This document shows, one piece after another, positions 39,849 through 49,273 of a stretch of DNA of 64,000 bases. Numbering within the stretch: the first letter of the stretch is position 1; the number at the start of each line of letters is the position of its first letter. The notes under the pieces are model-generated. The model saw only the letters and a list, made by a program, of their open reading frames with translations. It searched no databases and had not been told where the DNA came from. Location: the NCBI GenBank assembly GCA_963825905.1, contig CAWGUL010000002.1:40574-104573 (forward strand), given 5' to 3'. Source of the DNA: an uncultured Chloroflexia bacterium. Its GTDB lineage: Bacteria; Chloroflexota; Limnocylindria; QHBO01. The translations under genes were made by a program, and so were the position numbers.

Positions 39849-41946
39849 ATGCCGCCCGCCGCCAGCTCCACCACGCCGGCCCGCCTCGTGCGCGCGCAGG
39901 TCGCGATCGAGTCGTTCGCCATCGCCCCCGACGGGGAGTCACTCGTGCACGCGCGCCGGATCGTGGTGCGCGATCGCTACCGGTCCCACCTCGTCACCGT
40001 CGCCTGGCGCGGTGGGCGAGCGCGGCAGCTCACCCACGGCGCGGTCCGCGACGCGAACCCCGCCTTCTCGCCTGACGGCCGCTCGCTCGCCTTCCTGCGG
40101 ACGTTCGTCATCGAGCCCGGTGCCGCGGCGCGGAGCGGCGCGGACGCGGAGCCACAGGTGTGGATCCTGCCACTCGAGGGCGGCGAGGCGTGGCAGCTGA
40201 CGCGGCTCCGGTACGGAGCGTCGGCTCTCGCGTGGAGCCCGGATGGGAACCGCCTCGCGATCGTCGGCCCGGCGGGCGAGCATCCGTTCACTGTCGGGCC
40301 AGAGACCGATGGCGCCGCGCCACGGGCGCGGCGCATCACCCGCCTCGACTACCGCAATGACGAGTCGGGGCACGTCGGCCGCTGGTCGCACCTGTGGGTC
40401 ATGCGCGCCGGTGCCGGAGCGCGGCCGCGCCAGCTGACCTCCGGCGCGTTCGACGCGAGCGCGCCCGCCTGGTCGCCCGACGGCACGCGGATCGCCTTCG
40501 CCGCCGACCGTGGCCCGGATCGCAACATCCTGCCGCGCACCCAGCTCTGGAGCGTGCCGGTCGCCGGCGGCGAGGTGAGCGAGCTCGCCTCGGTCCGCGG
40601 CGACGCGGAGTCGCCGGCCTTCTCCGCCGACGGGACGCTGGTCGCATTCGTCGGCATCGACGCGGACGATCCCCACGACGAGGCGCAGCCCGAGCTCTTC
40701 GTCGCGCCGGTCGACGGGAGCGCCGCGCCGCGTCCGCTCACCGCCGCCCTGGATCGGCCGGTGGGCGCGGCCGGCTGGGCCGACCTCCTCCAGGCCGAGG
40801 ACCGCGCGGGGCCGATCTGGCTGCCGGATGGCTCGCTCCTCGTCCTCGTCAGCGACGCAGGGCGCAACATCCCGTACCGCGTCACCCTCGACGGCACGCC
40901 GGCCCCGCTGGTCGAGGCCGGGCGCGTCGTGGGCGCGGGGCTCGACGTGTCGCACAGCGGGCGGATCGCGCTCAGCGCGGCGGTCGACGCGCGCGCCGGC
41001 GAGCTGTATGGCGTCGAGGACGGGCGGATCCGGCGCATCTCGGCCGACGGTTCGGCCTGGCAGTCACGCTTCCCGCGGCGCCCGATGGGAGGAACGCCGG
41101 GCGGCGGGGCCGGGCGGTGCGATCCAGTACTGGCTCGCGTCGCCGGAGGACGCGGGCACCGAGCCGATGCCGACGGTGCTCGTCATCCATGGCGGCCCCA
41201 CCGGCTCGGCCGGGCCGGGTGGCACGCTCGATTCCACGATGCTGACCGCGCACGGCTACCGGGTCGTGATGCCGAACATCCGCGGCTCCGCCGGCTTCGG
41301 CAGCGCATGGATCGCGGCGCTCGGCGGCCGCTGGGGCGACGTCGACGCAGCCGACGCGATGGCCGTCATCGACGCCGTCCTCGACGGCGGGCTCGCCGAC
41401 CCGGCGCGCCTCGGGGTGATGGGGCTGAGCTACGGGGGCTTCCTCACCCAGTGGCTCATCGGTGTCACCGACCGCTTCGGCGCCGCGGTGGCCGAGAACG
41501 GTGTCGCGAACCAGGTCTCGACGTGGGCCAACTCGCACTTCGGCATCCATTACAACCGTCGCGCGCGGCTCGGTGACCCGCTGACCGAGGACGGGATGCT
41601 CCAGCTCTGGCACCGATCGCCGCTCGCCAACGCGCGCCAGATGACGACCCCGCTCCTCATGCTTCAGGCGGAGGAGGATCGCATCTGCCCCGCGTCCGAC
41701 AACGAGCAGCTGTTCACCGCGCTCCGGGTGCTGGGCCGCGAGGTGGAGTTCGTCCTCTACCCGGAGGAGCACCACGAGATGAAGAACCACGGCCGGCCGG
41801 ATCGGCGCATCGACCGCATGGAGCGGATCCTGGCCTGGTTCGACGGCCATCTCGGGGCGGCGGCCGCGGGGCGTGCCCCCCAGCCGGCGGTCAGGAGCGG
41901 GCGGACGACTTCCGCGAGAGTCGCTCGGCAAGCCCGCCGACGGTGA
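39849..41946 (+). pseudogene. S9-family serine peptidase (beta-propeller + alpha/beta-hydrolase), frame broken near 41073
   Basis: ATG 39849; propeller part (..FSPDGRSLAF.., ..WSPDGNRLA.., ..WSPDGTRIAF..) in one frame to ..GSAWQSRF (41072). The catalytic domain (VLVIHGGPTG, GLSYGG, EEDRICP, PEEHHE) is in the next frame, 41074..41946. Confidence 0.8.
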
Positions 41947-42442
41947 GCGCCATCCCGAGGGCGATGATCCCGACCGCGGCGACAAGGCGGAACGGCTCGC
42001 CGCCGAACGCGGTCGCGAAGGCGAGGTAGGCGACCACCCCCCCGGCGGCGACCCCGGTCCCGATCCACTTGAAGGCCGGCGCGTCGGCGATCCAGCCCGC
42101 GGCGTACATGCCGAGTCCCATGCTGAACGGGAAGACGCTCCACAGCGACGACCATGCCTCCCATCGGTTCGTGAGGCTGGTGTAGAGCAGCGCGCTCCCC
42201 ATCGCGGCCAGCACGGCGCCCGGGATCACCATCCCGGCCCGGAGGCGGCGGTGCTGCTCACCGAACACGGCCGGCGCCAGGAAGAAGAGCGACAGCCCGA
42301 CCAGGAGGACCGGCCACCACGACCACAGCTCAGGGCTGACGCCGAGGTCCGCGAGCACGCCGCGGATCCACTCCCCGCCGAGGATGAGAATTCCGACGCC
42401 GAGGAGCAGAATGCCGGCAAACAGCTCGATGGTGCGACTCAT
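41891..42442 (-). CDS. hypothetical membrane protein
   Basis: 183 aa from ATG 42442 (TATACT box 9 nt upstream); five or six hydrophobic segments. The upstream 64 codons of the ORF track are junk. Confidence 0.6.
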   Translation of the reverse strand: MSRTIELFAGILLLGVGILILGGEWIRGVLADLGVSPELWSWWPVLLVGLSLFFLAPAVFGEQHRRLRAGMVIPGAVLAAMGSALLYTSLTNRWEAWSSLWSVFPFSMGLGMYAAGWIADAPAFKWIGTGVAAGGVVAYLAFATAFGGEPFRLVAAVGIIALGMALTVGGLAERLSRKSSARS

Positions 42443-42451
42443 GGCCGGCCG

Positions 42452-42457
42452 AGTATA
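42452..42457 (-). promoter_or_regulatory. -10-like box TATACT, 9 nt before ATG 42442
   Basis: Minus strand TATACT-cggccggcc-ATG; no SD. Confidence 0.4.
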
Positions 42458-42506
42458 CCGACGCCCGCTCGCGGAACCGCCGCTGCCGACGGGGCGTCCC
42501 GGGGCC

Positions 42507-43019
42507 ATGGCACACGAAGGACCGAGGCGGCTCGCGCTCGTCGCGATGTGGCTCGCCTTTGCGGTGGCGGCCGCCGGGGGTGGCGTCCTCCTCGTGGCGG
42601 CGATCGTGGAGCTCGTCAACGGCCAGCCCGGCATGAGCCTCGTCGACGCCTACTGGATCGGTCGCCTGCCATGGACGCCGATCGGGGTCGGGATGGCGCT
42701 GTTCGGTGCCACCGCAGCGGTCGTCACCGGCCTCCCCGCCGCCTGGCTCGTCGGCGGCCGGTTCGCCCGCACCGTCGCGACCGCGGCGACACTCCCGGTC
42801 GGCCTGTGGTGGATCTTCTCGCCAATGCTCCCCGTCGGGGGTGCCTGCTGCGGCCCACGCCCCGGTTACGATCCCATCACCCTTGCCTACTCGTTGCCCG
42901 AGTCGGCGCTCCTGCTCGTGATTGCCCCGGCCGTCGCCTCGGCCGTCGCGCTGTGGCTCGATCGCGCGCGCCGCACGACGCCGGCAGCGCCGGACTTCCG
43001 CACCGCGAGCAGCGCCTAG
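42507..43019 (+). CDS. hypothetical membrane protein
   Basis: 170 aa from ATG 42507; four hydrophobic segments; GGACCGPRPGYDP loop. Confidence 0.5.
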   Translation: MAHEGPRRLALVAMWLAFAVAAAGGGVLLVAAIVELVNGQPGMSLVDAYWIGRLPWTPIGVGMALFGATAAVVTGLPAAWLVGGRFARTVATAATLPVGLWWIFSPMLPVGGACCGPRPGYDPITLAYSLPESALLLVIAPAVASAVALWLDRARRTTPAAPDFRTASSA

Positions 43020-44216
43020 CTACATCTCGCCCTCGTACGGGAGCTGCGGCATGCGCAGCGGGCGGTCCTTGCGGTAGCCCAGCACGTAGTCGGCCTGCAT
43101 GAGGGTGTGGATCTGGCTTGTGCCCTCGTAGATCACCGAGCCCTTGCTGTTCCGGAGGTAGCGCTCGACGGGGTACTCGTTGCTGTAGCCGTAGGCGCCG
43201 TGGATCTGGATCGCATCGAGCGCGGAGGCGACGGCATGGTCGGTGGCGAACCACTTCGCGAGCGAGGTCTCGCGGGTGTTCCGCTCGCCGGCGTTCTTCT
43301 TCCAACCGGCCTTGAACACCAGCAGCCGCCCGGCCTCGATTCCGGCGTACATCTTCGAGATCATCTGCTTCACGAGCTGGTGCTGACCGATCTCCGACCC
43401 GAACGTCTTCCGCTCGTGCGCGTACTTCACCGATGCGTCGAGGCACGCCTGCGCCAACCCGACGCTGCCCGCCGCCACCGTGTAGCGGCCCTGGTCGATG
43501 GCGCTCATCGCGATCGTGAAGCCCTCGCCCTCCTCCCCGATCCGGTTGGCCGCGGGCACCTCGCAGTCGTCGAAGGTGATGATGCCGGTGTTCCCGGCGC
43601 GCACGCCGAGCTTGCCGTGGAGCGACTCGGAGCTGAAGCCGGCGAACGCGCGCTCGACGATGAAGGCGGTGATGCCGCGATGGCCGGCGGCCTTGTCGAC
43701 CGTGGCGAAGACGAGGAAGTGGTCGGCGGTGTCGGCCAGCGAGATCCAGACCTTGCTGCCGTTGAGGATGTACCGATCGCCGTCGCGACGCGCCGTGGTG
43801 GCGAGGTTGCCGGCATCCGATCCGACCCCCGGCTCGGTGAGGCCGAAGGTGGCCAGCTTCTCGCCGCGCGCCTGCGGGACGAGGTAGCGCTGCTTCTGCT
43901 CCTCGCTCCCCCACTGGAGCAGGGTCAGCGAGTTCAGGCCGGTGTGGACCGACAGGATCACGCGGAATGCGGTGTCCGCGCGTTCCATCTCCTCGCACAG
44001 CAGGGCGAAGGCGATGTAGTCCATGCCGGCGCCGCCGTACCGCTCCGGGATCGGCAGCCCGAGGAAGCCCTCGGCGCCCATCTTCTCGTAGAGCGACCGG
44101 TCGTAGGTGGCCGTGCCGTCGAGCTCACCGATCCGCGGGAGGATCTCCCGCTCGGCGAAGGCGCGCGCGGTGCGCTGCACCTCGCGCTGCGCGTCGGTCA
44201 GGGAGAGATCGATCAT
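43020..44216 (-). CDS. acyl-CoA dehydrogenase
   Basis: 398 aa; GLTEPGVGSDAG, FAGFSSE.. and catalytic-base region VIYEGTSQIHTLMQA; GGAG upstream. Confidence 0.9.
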   Translation of the reverse strand: MIDLSLTDAQREVQRTARAFAEREILPRIGELDGTATYDRSLYEKMGAEGFLGLPIPERYGGAGMDYIAFALLCEEMERADTAFRVILSVHTGLNSLTLLQWGSEEQKQRYLVPQARGEKLATFGLTEPGVGSDAGNLATTARRDGDRYILNGSKVWISLADTADHFLVFATVDKAAGHRGITAFIVERAFAGFSSESLHGKLGVRAGNTGIITFDDCEVPAANRIGEEGEGFTIAMSAIDQGRYTVAAGSVGLAQACLDASVKYAHERKTFGSEIGQHQLVKQMISKMYAGIEAGRLLVFKAGWKKNAGERNTRETSLAKWFATDHAVASALDAIQIHGAYGYSNEYPVERYLRNSKGSVIYEGTSQIHTLMQADYVLGYRKDRPLRMPQLPYEGEM

Positions 44217-44353
44217 GAGGGCTCCAGTGCGGCATACGTCACGAACGGACCGACGCGCCAGTCACGATGGCATCGGTCCGAGGGACACCGATTCTAGCCG
44301 AACCACCGCCGCCGGCCCTGAGGGAACTCCGACCTGGCGCGGGGTGATTCGGA

Positions 44354-44382
44354 TTGACGAACTTCGGAGGTGAGGATAGCCT
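44354..44382 (+). promoter_or_regulatory. sigma-70-type promoter for the FTR1 gene
   Basis: TTGACG (44354..44359) - 17 nt - TAGCCT (44377..44382). The TTG used as ORF start in the track is the first base of this -35 box. Confidence 0.45.
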
Positions 44383-44416
44383 TACCCGCGCTTCCCAACC
44401 ACACGAGCGCACACCG

Positions 44417-45307
44417 TTGGACCTCGGATTCTTCACCGCTGGCCTCGTCACCGGGCTCCGCGAGGGCGTGGAGGCGGCCCTCATCGTGAGCATCGTGCTC
44501 GCCTATCTCGCGCGAAGCGGGAATGGCCGCCAGTTCGGCCGGATCTGGACCGGCGTGGTGGCCGCCCTGGTCCTGAGCCTCGTGGTGGGGCTCCTGCTGT
44601 TCGTCACGATCGGTGGCCTGAAGGAGCCCGCCGAGCAGCTCTTCGAAGGGCTGGCGATGACGCTGGCCGCCGTCGTCGTCACGTGGATGCTGTTCTGGAT
44701 GCGCCGCCAGGCCGCGAGCGTCAAGAGCTCGCTCCACGCCTCGGTGGAACGCGCTCTGACCGATGGCAGTGCGTGGGGCCTGGCGATCCTCGCCTTCACC
44801 GCGATCATCCGCGAGGGCATCGAGACCTCGCTCTTCCTGCTCGGCCAGACCGAGGCCGCGGCGCGCGCCGAGGGGGGTGCCGCGAGCACGCTCGGCGGCG
44901 CCCTCGTCGGCATGCTGGTGGCGGCCGCGCTGGGCTACGGCTTCTACCGTGGCGCGCGGGTGCTCAACCTGCGGCGCTTCTTCGCCTGGACCGGCGTGGC
45001 GCTGATCTTCATCGCGGCGGGGCTCCTCGGCCAGGCGACGCACGAGTTCCTCGAGGTCGCGACGCTCAACGGGGCGTCGACGCCGCTCGCCACGACCGCC
45101 TTCGACATCAGCGCCGTCCTCCCCCACGAGGGCAACCTGCTCGGTGAGCTGCTGCGCGCGCTGTTCGGCTACACCTCGCAGCCGGAGTGGCTGACGCTGC
45201 TCGTGTGGGTCGCCTACGTCGTCATCGTGCTCGGCACGTTCCTCCGCCCACCGGCGCCCGCGCCGGTCGCCCAGCGGCGGCCCGGGGAGGAGACGCGCCC
45301 CGCCTGA
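44417..45307 (+). CDS. FTR1/EfeU-family high-affinity iron permease
   Basis: Two REGxE motifs (LREGVEAALIV, IREGIETSLFL) and seven hydrophobic segments. Start placed at TTG 44417 (MDLGFFTAGLVTGLREG) downstream of the promoter; the ORF track starts at 44354. Confidence 0.8.
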   Translation: MDLGFFTAGLVTGLREGVEAALIVSIVLAYLARSGNGRQFGRIWTGVVAALVLSLVVGLLLFVTIGGLKEPAEQLFEGLAMTLAAVVVTWMLFWMRRQAASVKSSLHASVERALTDGSAWGLAILAFTAIIREGIETSLFLLGQTEAAARAEGGAASTLGGALVGMLVAAALGYGFYRGARVLNLRRFFAWTGVALIFIAAGLLGQATHEFLEVATLNGASTPLATTAFDISAVLPHEGNLLGELLRALFGYTSQPEWLTLLVWVAYVVIVLGTFLRPPAPAPVAQRRPGEETRPA

Positions 45308-45313
45308 ACGGCG

Positions 45314-46540
45314 TCACGGGTCGTCCATCGTCGGCAGCCTGCCCCAGCCGATGAGCGCCCGGTCCTCCGTGCCCTGCACCCACACCAGGAGGTCGCCCGC
45401 AACCTCGACGCGGAAGGCGCCCCCGACGGGACTGTCCGGCGCCAGGCGGAACACCGGCACCACCTGCGCCAGCTTCAGGTCGTAGAGGAAGAACGCGGTG
45501 TCGTCGATGCCCCAGAACGCGACGTATCGGTTGCCGATCGACGGGCTCTTGATCCCCGGCTGCGGCGCGCTGCTGACCATGCGCGTCTCACCGGTCGCCA
45601 GCGAGTGGATCGCCAGCGTCCCGTAGTTGAACACGTCGTCTGCCTCCTTCCAGACCACCGTGTTGCCGACGATCGCCGGCTCGGCGGCGCGGCCGGAGGC
45701 GTCGAGCCGGACCGGTTGGGCGCCCGGATCCGCGAGGTCCATCAGCATCGCGTGGAGCTCCGCGGGATGAGTCGGTGAGCTCGGGTCGCCATGGACATAG
45801 TCAACCTCGCTGTAGACGAGGCGATCCCCGTCCAGCGCCGGGTCCCACCACTGAAGGAGCGCCGGGTCGTCCGACCGGAGCACGCGCCGATGGAGGTCGG
45901 GCAGCGACACCTCGATCAGCTCCGCGCGCCGCACGTCGGGGCCGAGCCCGATTCCCTGCCACACCACGTGCCGCTCGTCGATCGCGACGAGTGGGAACGG
46001 CGACCCGTTCCGCGGCGGCGTGCGGTCGAGCTCGATCGGCTCCGATGCGCCGGGCGGCAGGAGCCAGAGGATCCACGCGCCGCGGCCGAAGCGCGCCACG
46101 TTGTGCTCGGCGAAAGCGAGCCACCCGTGGCTCGCCGCCACGGGAAGAAGGTCCGAATCCGACCGCGGGCCGGCATAGAGCAGGGTCGGCGCATGGTTGG
46201 GCGCGGCACGGTAGAGGTTCGGCCCGCTGCTCGGATCGATGAGCCGCGGCGCCGCACCCGAATAGATGATCGACTCGCCGTCGGTCGTGACATACAGGAC
46301 GTTCGCGGCGCCGACCACGATGCCGTGCTCGACAAGCGTGCTCGGGTCGTCAGGCGTGCCTTCGCCTGCCGACGCGGACGGCGTCGAGAGCCGGATCGGC
46401 GCGGACGCGCTCGGCGGCGTCGAGCTCGGCGCGTCGGCGGTGCGGCGCGGTGCGGGATCCCCACACGCGACAAGCGCGAGGAGCAGGAGGGAGGCGCCCC
46501 GGGCGCTGGCCCGGGGTCGCCGCCGAACGTCACCAGACAA
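45314..46540 (-). CDS. lipoprotein with beta-propeller-like repeats (function unknown)
   Basis: 408 aa; lipobox LALVACG; Ser/Pro linker; repeated strand-turn segments (..VVWQG.., ..LVYSE.., ..VVWKE.., ..YVAFWG.., ..LLVWVQG..). Confidence 0.65.
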   Translation of the reverse strand: MSGDVRRRPRASARGASLLLLALVACGDPAPRRTADAPSSTPPSASAPIRLSTPSASAGEGTPDDPSTLVEHGIVVGAANVLYVTTDGESIIYSGAAPRLIDPSSGPNLYRAAPNHAPTLLYAGPRSDSDLLPVAASHGWLAFAEHNVARFGRGAWILWLLPPGASEPIELDRTPPRNGSPFPLVAIDERHVVWQGIGLGPDVRRAELIEVSLPDLHRRVLRSDDPALLQWWDPALDGDRLVYSEVDYVHGDPSSPTHPAELHAMLMDLADPGAQPVRLDASGRAAEPAIVGNTVVWKEADDVFNYGTLAIHSLATGETRMVSSAPQPGIKSPSIGNRYVAFWGIDDTAFFLYDLKLAQVVPVFRLAPDSPVGGAFRVEVAGDLLVWVQGTEDRALIGWGRLPTMDDP

Positions 46541-47474
46541 TCCACTTCCCCTGCGTGTGGACCGCGTTCGTCTTGGTCAGGGTCTTGTACACGTCAAAGC
46601 TCGGGTCGTAGAAGCGGCCGGTGGAACCGCCGAGGCCGCCCGAGGAATCGGTGTAGTAGACGAGTGGGTCTCGCGTCCCGTCCCACGTGCCGTAGTAGCC
46701 GCGGATGACGATCCAGTGCCCGGTGTTGACGGGGTTGCCGGCCGCCCAGCTGGACAGGAAGAACCCGTAGCCCACGTCGTGCGGGGCCACGACGGCGGTG
46801 AGCGGCATGCTCCAGCCGGTGATGTCGGTGATCACCTTGCTGTGCCAGTCGGCGCCGCTCACCACCTGGACCTCGGCGTAGCCGAAGCCTGCCGGCAGCC
46901 GGCTGCCGGCGTTCATCCCCACCCGCTCGGCGAACGGAGAGGTGCCGCCGTTGGCATCGGTCCTGAGCCAGCGATCCGAGATCTGCTGCTGCGTGAACGC
47001 GTTCACGAGGTTGTCGTCGGTGGTGATGCCGCGGGTGTAGTTGATGACCTGCTGCACCGTCGCGGGTCCGCAGTAGAACCACTTGACCTGCTGCCGCGGG
47101 CTGACGGCGAGGAAGTCGCTGACGCAGCTGCCCGATCCACTTGGCGCGGCGATCGCCACCGGCCGCGCTGCCCGCCCTGCAGGCGATCGACCCGCGGCGG
47201 TGCCGCGGACAAGACGGACGGGCGAGGTGGGGCAGAGCGATCCGCCCGCGGTTGCGGAGGTCGAGCTGCCGAAGCGGGCCGCCACGCGCGCAGCCTGGCG
47301 CTCGCGAGCGGCGAGGGCCCGCTGCTCCGCGGACGAGAGCGGGCGGTAGGTGTCGTGACCGGTCGCGGGGCCGGGTGCGACCTCGGCGGTCGGGTCCGCG
47401 GCGAAGACGACGGATGGAGCGAGGGCGGTCATGGCCACGGCCGCCGTGAGCAGGGCGAATCGGATGCGAGACAT
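46530..47474 (-). CDS. secreted papain-fold cysteine peptidase, C39-like
   Basis: 314 aa; signal peptide; AGGAGG 6 nt upstream; candidate catalytic Cys in WFYCGPATVQQV and His in TGHWIVIRGYY; 11-nt overlap with the downstream lipoprotein gene. Confidence 0.65.
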   Translation of the reverse strand: MSRIRFALLTAAVAMTALAPSVVFAADPTAEVAPGPATGHDTYRPLSSAEQRALAARERQAARVAARFGSSTSATAGGSLCPTSPVRLVRGTAAGRSPAGRAARPVAIAAPSGSGSCVSDFLAVSPRQQVKWFYCGPATVQQVINYTRGITTDDNLVNAFTQQQISDRWLRTDANGGTSPFAERVGMNAGSRLPAGFGYAEVQVVSGADWHSKVITDITGWSMPLTAVVAPHDVGYGFFLSSWAAGNPVNTGHWIVIRGYYGTWDGTRDPLVYYTDSSGGLGGSTGRFYDPSFDVYKTLTKTNAVHTQGKWIVW

Positions 47475-47596
47475 CGCAGCCTCCTGTGCACGCTGATGCG
47501 AATGAGCCGATGCATCTGCGTCACGGCGGCGGCGACACCTCTCCTACACGAGCATGGGTCGGCAGGCGCCGACGGATTGCACCGTAGGAAGGGCCG

Positions 47597-47613
47597 CTTA
47601 TCTGGGGCTTATC
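47597..47613 (-). promoter_or_regulatory. GATAAGC direct repeat, two copies phased at 11 bp (site 2)
   Basis: Plus strand CTTATCtggggCTTATC at 47597..47602 and 47608..47613; minus strand GCGATAAGCcccaGATAAGCGG, 123 nt upstream of the peptidase ATG (47474) and just downstream of the rhomboid stop. Confidence 0.5.
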
Positions 47614-47640
47614 GCGCCGTTAGCCCCGGGAGCGAGGCGT

Positions 47641-48804
47641 TCAGGCGACTGAGAGCGCGTAGTACGTGCCGGCGGCGAGCAGGGCGGCCACGGCCACGTA
47701 GATGCCCGCGCGGACCGCGGGCGGCGCACCACCCTCCGGGTCGAGCGCGGTGCCGTCGGGGCGGCGGAACATCGTCCGGATCGTCGCCACCTGCCGCGGA
47801 GGCAGGAAGAAGCCGAGCAGCAGGCCGACGAGCAGCCCCCCGACGTGGCCGGTCCAGCTGATACCGGGGATCGCGAAGGTGAACACGAGATTGACCGCCA
47901 GCAGGGTCCCGGCCTGGCCGAGCATGGCCCTCGCCTGCGGCGTGGTGGCGACGCGATGCCGCCGCGGCACCACGAACGCGAGCCCGAAGAGGCCGAAGAT
48001 CGCGCCCGACGCCCCGGCCGCCGCCTGGTCGGGCGCGGCGATGAGCGTCAGGACGCTGCCCCCGGCGGCGCAGAGGAGGTAGATGACGAGGTACTCGATG
48101 TGGCCGTACATCTCCTCGATCAGCGGCCCGAACAGGTTGAGCGCGATCATGTTGAAGGCGATGTGCGCGATGCCGAGGTGGACGAACGCGCTGGTGAAGA
48201 TGCGCCACCACTCCCCGGCCATCACGTCCGGGCGATCGATGAGGAGCTTCTCGACCAGCGGACCGCCGTTGCCGAAGATGCCCACCTGCCCGCCGCCGGC
48301 GAGGATCCAGTCGGCGACGAAGATCGCAACGCAGGCGGCGATGAGCGCCCAGGTCACGATCGGGGTGTAGGTGCCGTAGCGGCCCCGGGCGCGGTTGAAC
48401 TGGCGGCGCGAGGCGAAGTCGTGGCCGGTCTCCTTGAGAAGCCAGGCGATGCGGTTCGCGATGGCCCCACGCTCCCCCGCCGGCGCGCGGCGATCCGCCT
48501 CGCGGTAGGCGGCGATCGCCTCGTCGAGGTTGCCGTCGCGGACGTGCTGCTCGGCGGCGCTCCGCCACCCGATCCACGCTCCGTCGAACGGTCGCCCGGC
48601 GGCATCCTGCCACGCGGCGAGCGCGCCAGGCTCGTCATCGGTCCGATAGCGGGCAGTGCCGATCGCCAGCAGCGCGGGGCCGGCGATGGACGGGTCGGCG
48701 TTCGTCGCCAGCGGCAGCAGCGCGCGAAGGGCGGCCGCGGGCTCCCCGGCGTCGAGGAGGCGCGTGCCTTCGGCGAGCTGGAGGCGCGCGTCGGGGTCGG
48801 TCAT
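47641..48804 (-). CDS. rhomboid-family intramembrane serine protease with N-terminal TPR-like region
   Basis: 387 aa; HIAFN (HxxxN), GASGAIFG (GxSG) and a later His in helix 6; CATAAT box 9 nt upstream. Confidence 0.85.
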   Translation of the reverse strand: MTDPDARLQLAEGTRLLDAGEPAAALRALLPLATNADPSIAGPALLAIGTARYRTDDEPGALAAWQDAAGRPFDGAWIGWRSAAEQHVRDGNLDEAIAAYREADRRAPAGERGAIANRIAWLLKETGHDFASRRQFNRARGRYGTYTPIVTWALIAACVAIFVADWILAGGGQVGIFGNGGPLVEKLLIDRPDVMAGEWWRIFTSAFVHLGIAHIAFNMIALNLFGPLIEEMYGHIEYLVIYLLCAAGGSVLTLIAAPDQAAAGASGAIFGLFGLAFVVPRRHRVATTPQARAMLGQAGTLLAVNLVFTFAIPGISWTGHVGGLLVGLLLGFFLPPRQVATIRTMFRRPDGTALDPEGGAPPAVRAGIYVAVAALLAAGTYYALSVA

Positions 48805-48813
48805 CGGTCGGCC

Positions 48814-48819
48814 ATTATG
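48814..48819 (-). promoter_or_regulatory. -10-like box CATAAT, 9 nt before the rhomboid ATG (48804)
   Basis: Minus strand CATAAT-ggccgaccg-ATG; no SD. Confidence 0.4.
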
Positions 48820-48828
48820 GCGTCAGAC

Positions 48829-48868
48829 GCGAACGACCGCCGAGATGGGCACCTCGGCGGTCGTTTGC
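48829..48868 (-). terminator. 16-bp hairpin downstream of the small HTH gene
   Basis: GCGAACGACCGCCGAG - 8-nt loop - CTCGGCGGTCGTTTGC (15 of 16 pairs plus G.U), between the HTH stop (48928) and the rhomboid promoter. Confidence 0.5.
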
Positions 48869-48927
48869 CGCCCCCTGGCAGGAGCGGAGCGCACCCGGCG
48901 TGGGGACCGGGCGGCATCCAATGGCGC

Positions 48928-49134
48928 CTACTTCGAGCGGCGCAGGAACTCGAGCACGTCGTCGTACCGGAAGCGCCGATCGCCGCGCTTGCAGACCCGG
49001 AAGAACGGAAGCTCACCGCGGTCACCGAGGCGCTTCACGGTGTTCACGTGCAGGTGGAGCATGTCGGCGACCTCGGAGGCCGTCAGCAGCCTGCCTACCT
49101 CGTTGCTGATCATTTGTGTACGGTTGTCCTCCAC
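48928..49134 (-). CDS. small MerR/excisionase-type helix-turn-helix DNA-binding protein (BldC-like)
   Basis: LLTASEVADMLHLHVNTVKRLGDRGELPFFRVCKRGDRRFRYDDVLEFL fits HTH_17/excisionase-family. Start is GTG 49134 or ATG 49113 (GGAGGA 13 nt upstream of the latter). Confidence 0.7.
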   Translation of the reverse strand: MEDNRTQMISNEVGRLLTASEVADMLHLHVNTVKRLGDRGELPFFRVCKRGDRRFRYDDVLEFLRRSK

Positions 49135-49273
49135 CGGGGCACGAGTGGGGTGACGTGGACAGGAGCGGCCCGACCGGTGTGGTCGATGGGGATCCTGTTC
49201 GGATAGTACGGTTGCGGTGCCTTCCGGCTGCCCGGTACGTTCGGGTCACCGATGGGGGTACTTCCGGGAGCTG

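Noticed and set aside
48928-49134. Excisionase-type HTH gene as a marker of an integrated mobile element
   Set aside because: There is no integrase, att-like repeat, tRNA target or phage gene nearby. The flanks are housekeeping genes (rhomboid, ferredoxin). Small proteins of this type (BldC-like) are chromosomal regulators in Actinomycetota.
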